Shown here: positions 49,641 through 61,700 of the stretch, piece by piece | How the letters are laid out: every line of letters starts with the position of its first letter | Numbering within the stretch: the first letter of the stretch is position 1 | Assembly: GCF_001447785.1 (NCBI RefSeq) | Contig: NW_015172043.1 | Coordinates: forward strand, 203,996 to 267,995 | Reading direction: 5' to 3' | DNA: 64,000 nt | Source: Gekko japonicus | Taxonomy: Eukaryota | Program-made: the position numbers and the translations under genes | The notes under the pieces: generated by a model | Told to the model about the DNA's origin: nothing | The model's input: only the letters and a program-made list of their open reading frames with translations | Database searches by the model: none

Positions 49641-50132
49641 CAGGGGTCGTTTCGTAGAAAAAGAGCTAGGGGAACTCATTAGCATAACTCATTAGCATAT
49701 GCCACACCCCCTGACATCACCGGAAGTGTGTCATAAGGCCACACCCCCTGCCATCACCGGAAGTGTGTCATAAGGCCACACCCCCTGACATCACCAGAAG
49801 TGTGTCATAAGGCCACACACCCCACCCCCAACGGTCACGGCCGCCACTGCCGGCCTTGCAGCTCCACTGCCAAGCCCCATGAGGCGCCCGGCGGTGGGCC
49901 TGCAAGGCCGGCGGGAGTGCAAGGAAGCCCCGCGAAGGCCCTCCCTGGCCCCAGGCAGGCAGGGGTGGGGAGAGGCAGGGAGGAAGCAACTTACCCTCCC
50001 TCTTCTCCTGCCTCCTCCTGGCTGAATGAGGGCCGGAATTGGGGCAGCCGGAAGCAGGGGGCGGGGCTTTGTCATGTGCCCCGCCCCATACCTCACCCGG
50101 GGGAACTGCGATCCCCCCCGAAATGACCTCTG
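49641..50132 (+). mobile_element. Non-autonomous DNA transposon with TA TSD and internal 37-bp tandem repeats
   Basis: TIRs CAGGGGTCGTTTCG / CGAAATGACCTCTG flanked by TA. Three full 37-bp units at 49701, 49738 and 49775. Confidence 0.75.
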
Positions 50133-50181
50133 TAAAGTACGCTTTGCTGAAATCACTCTCCGTCTGCGTACTTTTCACCCC

Positions 50182-50420
50182 CTACCTGGACAGCCCAGGA
50201 AAGCCCAATCTTGTCAGATCTCGGAAGCTAAGCAGGGGCGACTCTGGCAAGTACTTGGATAGGAGACCTCTTTTAAATACCAGAGGCTGGAGGCAGGGGC
50301 AGGGTCTATTCAGCCACCTCTCTGAATATCCTCCAGGCCTCCAGTAAGGGTCAGTCACCAGAGGTCACCATGACATCCAGGTGTACTAACACACACACAC
50401 ACACACACACACAAATAAAA
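50182..50420 (+). mobile_element. 5S-derived SINE variant with (CA)n tail
   Basis: GATCTCGGAAGCTAAGCAGGG..GTACTTGGATAGGAGACC head; (CA)n at 50388-50412. Confidence 0.7.
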
Positions 50421-50438
50421 AAAAAGAAAAGAAAGAAA

Positions 50439-50655
50439 TAGGCTTGCCAACCTCAGGGTGGGATTTAGAATTCTCCTGGAATTACAACTGATTTTAGATT
50501 TTAAAGATCAGTTCCCCTGCAGGAAATGCAGCTTTAGAGGGCACACTGTATGGCATCACATTCCTGATTAGCATTATCCCATCCCCAAATTCACCCTTCC
50601 CCGGTCACCACCCCCAAATCTCCTGGAGTTTCCTGATCTGGAGTTGGCAACCATA
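50439..50655 (-). mobile_element. hAT MITE (TAGGGTTGCCA TIR family), older copy
   Basis: TAGGCTTGCCAA / TTGGCAACCATA termini; body is the reverse complement of the 16275 copy. Confidence 0.65.
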
Positions 50656-51089
50656 AAGTGTACCAATAGTGGCTGGAGAGAGAAATTGTGGCAATGGGGG
50701 AATTGAGGCAAGAACAGTGTAGCAGAAACGGTTGCCACTGTTAATGCCTGTGCATTTGACGCCTGTACATTTTACAGTTCTCAGTGCAGCTACACTGAGA
50801 ACTGTAACCATGTAGAAGCAGCTTGTCTCTGCTTTCGACAGACTGTACAGAAGACAGTTTTTTCTTGTTAGCATTATCTCCACGAGAGGATAGGTTTGTA
50901 GCCATTGAATTTCAAGCCATCTATATTTTGAAGAGAAAGGTACAGTGTTCTCAGTGCACTGCAACAGAAGCAAGACTGTCACTTGTACCCTTGGGCCTTT
51001 AAACCATAGATGACTGGTAAAAATTAAAACGGCAAAAAAATTTTTAGGCCTCTTGTTAAATTTTGGGCTACAAGATTAAGGGGTTAGAT

Positions 51090-51442
51090 AGACGCGGTAG
51101 TTTTACTTTTTTGCTCTGTGGTTAAGACACTGAACTGTAGGCTGTGGAAGGTCAGTAGTTCAGCAGTTCGAGACCCGAGTGTGCCGCATGACGGAGTGAG
51201 CTCCCGTCTCTAGTTCCAGCTCCTGCCAACCTAGCAGTTCGAAAGCAAGAAATTGCAAGTAGATAAATAGGTACCACTTCGGTGGGAAGGTAACAGCGTT
51301 CCATGCGCCTTGGTGTTTAGTCATACCGGCCAGATGACCGTCTTCGGACAGCGCTGGCTCTTCGGCTTTGAAACGGAGATGAGCACCGCAACCCTAGAGT
51401 CGGACTCAACTGGCTTTCGAGCAAGGGAACCTTTACCTTTTA
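51090..51442 (+). mobile_element. Sauria SINE
   Basis: Diagnostic core GCCAACCTAGCAGTTCGAAAGCA..AGTAGATAAATAGGTACC and (ACCTTT)n tail. Confidence 0.88.
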
Positions 51443-51664
51443 CTATGACTATATTCACAGTTGGAAGAAGCAACTCATGTCTACATTTTCATATCCGAGT
51501 TACAGCTGAATACTTCTGTATTTTCAGGTTATAGGAATTTAATGTCTTTATAGCTGATTATTACAATAAAACCAGAGTGGTTGGTTTTTTTGGTAATATA
51601 TTGATATTTCCAATTGTTATGAAGATAGTCCTTTTCGATCCAGTACTATTTTGACTTTTGCTTT

Positions 51665-51796
51665 TATATATCTGAGAAAGTGTTCATGCACATAAAAGCT
51701 TATAGCCAGAATTAAACTTTGTTGGTCTTAAAGGTGCCACTGGACTCAAACTTTGCTCTGTTGCTTCAGACCAACATGGCTACCCACCTGAATCTA
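51665..51796 (+). mobile_element. Penelope-like terminal repeat fragment with degenerate hammerhead
   Basis: ATATCTGAGAAAGTGTTCATGCACATAAAAGCTTAT..ttgttggtcttaaaggtgccactggactc..cagaccaacatggctaccc; same family as 1705-2100. Confidence 0.6.
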
Positions 51797-54700
51797 TTCG
51801 GATTTTCACTGTTATCTTTATCTTCATGAATTACCATAAGGATACTGCATCTTTCAATTTAGGAATGTCTCAGTATGGTCTATATATTCTTCAAGTAATC
51901 TGATAAAGATATTGTGAGATCATCAAAGCGAGTGTGTATCCAGGATCTCATCTTGTTCTATCTCTCATAATTTACAGTTTGTATATGTTCAGTTGTGGAA
52001 AGCTCATTAGTCTATACCAGCTGTTATTTTGTATTGGTCATTTTATAAGTGGATAGCCTGCACTGCACTTGCAAAGATGCTTTGGTCATTTTACTCCTTT
52101 GTAATCTATCATTGTTTCAATGTGTTCTGTTATCTTGAACCACATATTCCATATACAATTAATTATTCTTTCATACCTGTTAGGTCATCTTTGAGGACCT
52201 TATCCTTCTTTTTGGCTTGGCAGTAACATCAAGCATTTAAAGCCCAGTAAAAATGTCATCTTGATGCGGGAGTACTGCATAGCAACCCTTCTTTATTTGG
52301 CTTCTGTGTTACCTGTGTATTTCCAACACCCTTAGGTATGGTAAGAGGATGGAGATTCGAAGAAACAATAGTGGCACTTCAGATTCCCAAATGAACATAG
52401 AGGCAACCAGTGTGCCCATTTGCAGGGAGACAAACACAGCCTGAAAGCCATTTTTCTATGGTATATGAACTTACATTTTGTTTAGTTAACATGCCAGGAA
52501 GTAATATGAGCAAAGCTGTGTATTACTATAGTTCAGTTTAGAACATTGGTTGAGGTCTGAGTAAGGCTTTAAGGCCTACAGGTTACTTTACTGGTTAAGT
52601 TTTATCAATGGTTGGGGAAAACCATTGGGACCAAGGTGCTTAATTGACAGATTTGCTTTAAAAAAAAAAAAGCAAAAGTAGAATCTTGTGGCAAATCTAT
52701 TACAACTGGTATTAATGTCCTCCACCCATTCTTGTACTTTTCCTTCAGGATATCTTGCAGTACATTTTGCCTGGCAACTCTATTTGTGCTTGTTTTACTA
52801 ATTGTCGCTATTCAAATATGGAATTAGACAGCCTGATCCTGGGCATGAATATTCATGAATGTGCTATTCTGAGAGTTACATTGGAGTCAATGTGCCAAGG
52901 GGTGAGAGTGGAGTGGATTTAGGGTAAACTCTATTATTGAAGCGGCTCTAATTCATTAGTATTGGCTGCACAGCTAACAACACCAACCCATTTCAATCGA
53001 GTTATGATTTGTTTCCTCTTTTTTGCTTAATCTTTTCTTTAAGAATGTAAAGGTACATGCACAAACTAGCACTTGAGCACAAGCAAAGATAAGGTTCCCA
53101 AGACAGAAAATAGTTTGTTTCTCCTGATCCATATGCATGTCTGGCTGCTTTCTCCACAGATTATTTTCCCCTGGCTCTCAAACTGGAGGTGAAAACTCTT
53201 GCCTTAAGAAGCATGCTACTCATTCTAAGAGAGAAAATATTTCATAGGAGTTTCTTTTCAACAGTCCTCCAAAGTTCCCAGTTTTCAGTTTTAAAAACTT
53301 GATGGCTCCAAAAATTTCCCCTGAATGTTTCAATTTTTCCTGCCCTTCGTATTTCTAACATTCTCTCATCCTATTTCTCACATTTTCTGTCATATGTCAC
53401 TTCTAAGGCACAGCTGGCTAGCAATTAATGGAGTTAAGGGTGCTTGATGAGGCTGACCGCTGGTTATATTTGCTATGATTGGGGACTCTGAAGCCATGGC
53501 AATTATTTTCACTTGAGGTGGTGTAGTAAATGCAGAGTCAGATGGCAGGGATTGAGTTCCCCTGGAGATAGCCCATTTAAATTAAATGCCAAACAGAGGA
53601 GATTAATGCTGGTCGAGGGCTGTGAGCCAGATGACCTCACTGGGAGTCTTCCATGAGGGGCAGGGGTCCTAACTCTGGATTGGGGGGGGGGTCACCCAAG
53701 CAGGCAGGTTGAAAAGGTGGAATTTTCCTTTGTTCTTGATTCACGTAGTTTGCCCAGATCATGTGATCTATGCTGGGACCTAGACTCCTCTGCAAAGGGG
53801 CAGCAGGGAGCTTGGGGATGTGTTTGCTCCATCTAAGGTAACTATCTTGTATTGTAACTTAGCTAGACTCCTGTTCGTTTTGCTTCCCTTAGAACTGCTA
53901 GGCCTGACCACTATTCTCCATGTATGTGCTTTAGTTTAATCTTTAGTAACAAGAAAGCAGACTGTGACTCATATCCTAACACTGATGACTGCTCTTAGGC
54001 ACTAAGGACATGAATTCACAGGGAAAGTTAAAGTAATCATAAGCTTTGCCCTTTGTACTTGCTCAGAGGCAGCCTAGCCAGGGTTCCCCAAGGCATTGGT
54101 TATGTGGTAGGCTGGGTTTCATATCTTGGGGTCGCGGCAATGGAACAGAAACATGTTTTTACACGCAGGCAAACAAGCAACATGCATGTGAGAACATGCA
54201 GACACAGGGCTGGTTTGTTACATATTCAGTAAGCCAGAGGGAACTTTATGTTCTTAAATGGCAGCATTAATTAAGTCTGGACTGAAGCTGGATGTCCCTG
54301 AGATCAAAGCAGGATCTTCTGCACAACATGTGAGATCAGCCCACAGCACTAAAACTATTTGCGTAAAGACCAGGCAAGCTAATATGTACATTCCTCTTTA
54401 TTTAATACAGCACAGACACATGACACATACAAAAGAAAAACACTCATGAAGATCCTGCCTCAAATTAAGGACAGGTACATCTATACTCAAGTTGAACAAG
54501 GCTCCCACATCAGATCAGGTATCTCCTAGCTAGGTACAGGTGGATTCTCAGAGGAAGTCTGTTGCCAAAACAAAACAAACACATTCTGCACCCTGTTTGG
54601 CAAGTGAAACTAGCATAGAGAAATTTATGGTCCCAGAGGAAGGCCAGGGAAGTAAAACCATTCTGTCATATAGAGGAACTAGAACAATGAGATTCTGACA

Positions 54701-55627
54701 CAAATATTCCCTGTTCACTATTTTATCCTTCTGGTCCAAACTATGATAAAATGTGCTAGGAGGGGGAAGTTATTTTTCTTTCCAGTTAAATTGCATCTTT
54801 AAAACAGAACAGGCCCTTATGCACATTTAAAACTGGAGCAGGCTTTTGTGGAAGCAGCTTTTCCATATTTCCTACTCCAGTTTTTGATGGACAGTAAGCA
54901 GGCACCAGTTCTTCCCGTAAAGAGCCTCACATACTTAAAAAAAATACAAAAGGAGGGGGTGACAGGGGTATTTACAAAATTCATGGCTGGTACAGTACAT
55001 CATTTAAGACACACTATGCTACAATCTTTCAGGTCCTGAGATTATTACAAAAAAGTTAATTCAAATATTGTGTTCAGATTCGAGAGAGGAGGAAAAGATT
55101 TCTTTAAAAATTCAGTATCCCTTCACATCAGTAGAACACATCTTCCTAAAAAGCAAAACCAAAAGTAGTTGGCACCAGTCACTTATTAAGTAGCCATGTC
55201 TGGCTGCTCTGGCCTCTCTCACAGGGAGAAGCTATATACGTCTGTTGCATGGAGAGTATGTATCGCACGGAAGATGTTTTAGGGGTCTACTCTCCATATG
55301 AAGTCACAGGCTTTCCCCTAGAGTTTTAGAAACAGGTACTTAGCAGCAAGGTAAGCACGTGTGTGGAACCAAATTGTATACAGAACTGAATTAGTGCTAA
55401 AGATGTGTTTGGTAAGTATGGTTTATAGCACCACTAATTTTGTTACATGGAGGAGGACAATACAATGGTGATTTGGGTTCTCTTTCAGAATGTCCCAAGT
55501 AGTAAACTAGCCCCATTGGAAATCCCCCTATTTCTCATTCTATATATTTATTTTAGAGCATTTATAGCCTCTTGTGTTCAAGTGTATAGCCAAAAAAGAC
55601 AAACACGAGGGATCAGTTAACCTTACA

Positions 55628-55874
55628 GAAAATGCAACAAAAAACCAGACACTGTGATGTGATAGCTGAAACATTTAGTAAATCTTTGCATGTTAAAACA
55701 TTGTATAACATTGTTATTGATTAATTCTTTATAATATTGCAATTCTTTATAATATTCCTTGCAATATCATAAAGAATTAATCAATAACAATGTTATACAA
55801 TGTTTTAACATGCAAAGATTTACTGAATGTTTCAGCCAGCACATCACAGTGTCTGTTTTGTTTGTTGTATTTTC
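55628..55874. repeat. Long inverted repeat (fold-back), ~115-bp arms, 16-nt spacer
   Basis: 55628-55742 is the near reverse complement of 55759-55874. Confidence 0.9.
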
Positions 55875-58698
55875 AAGCGTATAGCCAGCCAGGTACTAAA
55901 GGCTGATCCCTCCATCAATAAAACGAAGCAACTGCAGATGATTCTATTCTCTGGGAGGAGTAATACTATAGAAGAAGAGCTGGTCTTGAAACTTGGAAGC
56001 TCTCATGTGATTAAATCCTCTTAGCAAGGGAAGCATCTTTTTATGTATGCTGGAAAGAAGACCTTTTGCTCCATAAAGATGCCCACCTATAGCTTGGAAC
56101 GTAGAAAACACTGGCATTAGGCTTTGAACTGTGAAATATAGTCTCCTGGTACCGTATGGTAAAATAGTGAAGATAGTTCATAATGCTAATAATATAATAC
56201 TGCTCAGCAGATTTTTAAGAAGTGAAGCTTATTTTAAGTAAGGTTAATGGAACTGATTTTTTCCTAGCTAACAGTCCAAATACTTCTAAATTAATGTGCT
56301 CTCAACACTGATAATGTATGCAAAGAAACCACACCAATTTCTACATCAGGGAGTTCAGAGGGGTTTTTTTTTGGGGGGGGGATTTTCAAATCCTTTAAGT
56401 CCAACACTGAAGGGCAGGAGAAGAGGCAGAAAAATGTGAGAATCCTAAACCAGGTTGCATCTGCCTAGAAAAAGATTCTTTAACAGATTTCTTGTGATAC
56501 AGGTGAGGTATTAATTCAATTCCAGATTCATTAAATGCCATTTGATGACAGCAGTAGAGGGAAATTTCGCTAGTTACATATTTTGAGTATGCATGTTTCA
56601 TTATGCTGTTGTATAAAATGTTCTCCCAACTAAGACTATCAGATTGCAGGTTCTTTCCTATGACATGAAGTCTCTCATGATATTAGCTTTGCACTAGTCA
56701 GAGTGTTTATTCTTTAACTAGAATTTAATATCCATGTTGGAAATATATTTCTGTAGCATACATATTAAAAAAGCTGTGTTTGTTAGGGCAGACATTATGT
56801 TGGAAGGGAAGAGTATACATAATATTAGGGCATGAAGCCATCTGTATGCAAAGTTTATTTTACTGCCTACAATTCATCTAAGGCTTTATAGAGTGGTAAG
56901 AGGGTAGATTACAAGATCTTTCTTCTAATAGTGAAAGCCAGGCAGCCCTCAATAAAATTTGAATGCTATAACTGTGATTAAAATTTGTTATGAACTTGCT
57001 AGTTTTTCCAATTTATTTTTTATACTGGACAGTCAAGACCATGCACTTATCTTTATGAAAAAGCTTCAGTGCTGAATAATATGGATATAAAATGAAGTGT
57101 ACAGTACACAGTTATATGTAAACTATGTTGATGGCATTAGAATGATTAACAGACTGCAGTATGCATTTCTTTTTAAAGTTTCAGAAAGACTGTCTCTCTT
57201 AGACAAGAATTGCTCTGCAATGCCATATTTATTATAAGATAAAACTAAATCAGAGAGCCCTGATTTTCTGCTATGACAAAGGAAAACATAGAATTTGTTT
57301 AGGTGAAAGGATTTTATGGCCTAAACATGGACTTTGCATCTCCAAGTTCTGGAACAGGGGTAGGGTGAGCTGGTTCCTTAACTAAGTTTCAAAGCTGCTC
57401 TAAAATTCCTTGAACTACCAAAGGTCGGCTGGAGATATTAAAGGCAATATTGAACAGTAGGGTCCTGAGAAGCCCCAAACACATCATTTAAAAACTATAA
57501 AGCTCTGGAGGTTTGAAAAAGGAAAATGGTAATGTATAAGCTATAGCACTAGTTCTATATCATAACATTTTCCTACCACCTCCACACATACAGAATATCA
57601 GCTCTGAAGGCAACTTTCTACTAAATGAAACTGAACAGAACATAGAGAATGCGAATTTTTTTTACAAATGGATTAAAGTCCTTAAAACTCAGATTAAGGC
57701 CATAGCTCTGACATTTCCTCCAACAAACGGCAGCATGACAGCACACCTGCTAATGGTGCTTCTCCTTTCTACATGGAAGTTCAAACCCTTTCTTGACTGA
57801 AGATAGGGCAGTCTTATTCAAGATGTCCATTGCAACCAGAACACAAAATCACTATCATGAAGAGGCATCTTCCTCTGTAACACTGAGCGTCTTTCACCAG
57901 CACATGCTTACATTGGATATTTCAGACACAGCAATATTCAGCATTATGCTGAGTACGTAACTACCCATTCAAGATTGATCTTAAGCAGAATGCAACTTAG
58001 GTTTGTTTTTAAGATATAATAGATTCTTATTAAATATTATTCTGTTAAAGAAATCTGGATTTAAATTTTGCAAATATATACCAAGCTTCAAAGTTTAATA
58101 TCCTTTATTGTGATTGCTAAGTTGCATTCTTACAATTCTCATAGTTAATTCATTTACAATAGTAGTAAGCTTGACTTTAATAGTTGACTTTAACTGAAAT
58201 CTTGCTGTGGGTGTTTGCAGAAAACTAATTTGCTGCTCTTAAATTGAGGAAGTGTAATGCTTAATAGCAAAAAAATTGCTTTGACTAATTCTGACAGAGA
58301 TTTTAAGATATGTATCCAAGCAATGTAATGAAGAGTTCATGTTTGATGAATGGGAAAGTGAGAACCTTGATTCAATCTCCACTGTAACTGTTACCCAATC
58401 TTTTGAGCTACTAGGCTCTTGGAATTTAGCTTTACATGTCCCAACTCCTGTTTAAAGGAAATGTCAATACTCTTACTCCAGAGCCTGGATTGAACTATAA
58501 TTGTGCAGATGCTGATGGTGCTGCAGCTTTCTCCCCTTATCCACCTGCCATGGTTCAGCTGTATAAGTATGTGGTAACATTCAGGGTGGGTAACACAAGG
58601 ATACACATCTGGCATCCAGCTGCATGTAATCCTAGACAACCAAGAAAGTCATCATACCCTTGCAATTAGATAGCAGGTTTCTCTGTCAAGGATAATTC

Positions 58699-58719
58699 NN
58701 NNNNNNNNNNNNNNNNNNN
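58699..58719. other. Assembly gap (21 N)
   Basis: Run of N. Confidence 1.
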
Positions 58720-61700
58720 CAATAATGTAAATCACTGTGCTGCCACAACACACACAGATTTTTGTATAACATCAGCGTATCATACTAGTTTCTTAATATA
58801 ATTTGTACTGTGATCTGTGGAAACACAGTATTCAGTTCTAGCTATACTTTGCTGGAAAAGTTCTTTTCTGAAGGGGGGAATGCTAAATTTTAGGAGGGGC
58901 TGAGAATTCAGTAATCATCATTATGAGACTGCAGCTACTACATTAATTTCATTTACAACCAAGAATTCCATGGGAGTGGCTCAACTGTTTTCCTTCTAAC
59001 CACTTTCTGACAGGTTATTGTATCATCACCTGTGACAAATGCTTACCTTCATAAGCAAACATTAATGCTACAGAAAACAGATGGAACATTAGGACTCTTG
59101 GGAATACTGCTCTGTGTGAAAGCAAGCACATAAAAATGAATGCCATGATACAGCAGCTATAACATTACACACATTAAACACTAATTACAGAAGGGAAAAC
59201 AGTTTTAACAGCATAAAGTCATCTTGGCAAGTTCAAGATTTTTCACCCACATGCCTCCCACACCTTATGACCTCTGAGTACAGTTTGTGGGGAAAGGGGA
59301 AAACAAAACAAAGAAAAGGCACTTAACCAAAGGACAAAGGCCTGAATCAAGTAACTTGTGGAAGGATAACACCGTTCAGGGACAGAAGTTATATAAAAAC
59401 GTTCAAAGACTGACATAAAATTATAATTGCATAAAATGTTGGTTGACTAGTTGATTATCTAGCATGTTTACCTGTGGGTTAGCTTTTGAAAATAAATTAG
59501 AAAAAGCGAGTGATTCTGTGATCTCCAGAATAGGGAGGTCTGGAGACCTGGGTGAAAACCATCCAAAGCTTAGCTTGATTGCAGGTTTTGCTTATTTCCT
59601 GCAATACTATCCTGAAAAGTCCCAAAATAAAAAAATAAGAGGAATCACTATATCTTTTGCCAATACACTTCAAGAAACCAAGGCATTCCTTAGTATCTAA
59701 CCTTCCTGTGGACAAACAACTCCAAAACCAATCTGTAAACTAGAATTAAATTTACTCATAAATATAGCCATAAACTCTTTTCATGAATGTAGCAGCAAAC
59801 ATGATAAGATAGTTGGGAGTCCTAAGAGATTAATCCTTCAGAGGATAATGGTTCAACATAACTGATGGTAGCTTGGGAGTTGCAGAATCTCTTTCATGTC
59901 AGCTGCTTTGGACCAAATGGGGAGGCCATGTGAAGGTTGGATCACTCAGCTGAGAAGAGGAGCGAGCACACCTTGGTTGCCTCTGCCTCACTCACAGCCT
60001 ACAAGGAAAGCTACAAGTTTCTTCTGATTTCATGGAAACAGATGTCAAACCCACAGCACCCACACCTGGGACTTATGACTCCGCATCTCCCATCCATCTT
60101 CTTGGAGACAAGCTGATATAGAAGGCTGAGCAACAAGGAATGATTCAGGCCACCGACTTATATTTTGCAGGTGAAGGAGGGGAAAGTATAGTTAAGACAA
60201 AAATGCCTACATCTATTCTTTATGGTTTGTAAAGATCCCAGATAACTTAGTAACTCTTACTTTGTCCCCTGTATGGTTACACACACATAGAAAGCATAAT
60301 TTTAAGGATATCTAACTTCAAAACCTGTATTTGAAATTATTGCTTGTCATTGAGACTCAGAGTGAGCTTGGCATTTTGGCTCACTGTCCTCAAAATAAGT
60401 TCAGGTCAGCTGTCCACAATGACAGCTTTGACTCTTATTGCTTGTGAATACTCAGGGAGTCTGTACAAAAGAGTAGTTTAAAAGAAATCAGGCTCTTCAA
60501 AAAGTAGCCTAAATGAGGCGTTACTCAGCAGGAAGTCCACAAAATTAAAATTTGTAGTGAACTGTTGCTTCCCTCTCACCCACATCAAGCGTCCTGGCTA
60601 GCTCTGCCTCTGACGTTTCTGTGCCCCACCCCTTCAAAAAGTTGACACTAGGAATCATAATGGTGCCAGCATTACTCCAGTGTCAAGGTTACTGTTTTAC
60701 TCACTATGCAGGAAAAGTCGGCACCTATCATTATTTTACCAGTTCTAGACAATGTCCCCAGATACCTCCAACTGGCTGTTGGTAAAAAGGGAGCAAAATG
60801 TTCATCATATGACTGGATTATTCCAATGTAGCTACTTTACAAAAAAGACCCAAGTTAATCTTCTATTGTGGTCCAATTCTTCCTTTCATTCATGTACTTA
60901 ATATCTGCACAATATGCATGAACTACAGTAGACAGCAGAGAGAAGGCAACTTGTGCTATTCTGTTCCAAAGTCTCATTCTTCAGTACTTTAAACAGTGAA
61001 ATTTTTGCATCAGCACTAACAAAAAAGGCTTAAAGATATGGAAGAGCTGGAAAAAAAAGTTTACCAAAGATAGTATGGAGCTCTCTGGGGAAAGAAGAGA
61101 TTTTCCCCAATAGTGCTTTTAAGTGGCTTTTATTTACTCTCTCCGTGCTCCAACTTTATTTTTAGAAGTGAAATGTTCAGAAGCAAAAGCTAAGGCTCTG
61201 CCAGAAACTGTTTGCCCTCTCCATGACTTCCTCTGTAACAAGGAACAGAAGGAAGAAAAACTGGATATTAACCAGCTAAGACTTAGCTTCTGTAAGGCAA
61301 ATAGGAACATCAGACACCATTTGCCAGATTCTCACAATATTCCTGGTATAATCAGCTATAACCTCAATTTTTTTAGCCATTTCTTGCAATTACAGTTTGC
61401 AAATACACTCCTGAACCTCAGATATATCTATATTTATGATTTTATTGTATTAAAGTAAACATTAGCTGTTCTCTTGTGACAGCCAATAGCTTTTACTGTA
61501 AATTAAAAGTATATATTTAAATTTATGGCCATCTTGAAGGTGTTAATACAGCAGCAGCAAAAAAATCTAAGAAATGAAGAATTTGTCAGTTTATGCATGG
61601 TAGAAATGTTTGTGGGGAATGGGAACTTCCAGGTAGGCAAACTGAATCAAAGCAGGAAATAAAGCAATTACTGTTTTGCAGAGCCTAAGGCTTTGGATAA

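Noticed and set aside
49701-49820. 37-bp repeats as a CRISPR array
   Set aside because: Units are contiguous with no spacers, lie inside a TIR element, and the DNA is vertebrate.
53520-54020. Possible solo LTR
   Set aside because: Composition is suggestive, but I could not find matching TG..CA ends with a TSD.
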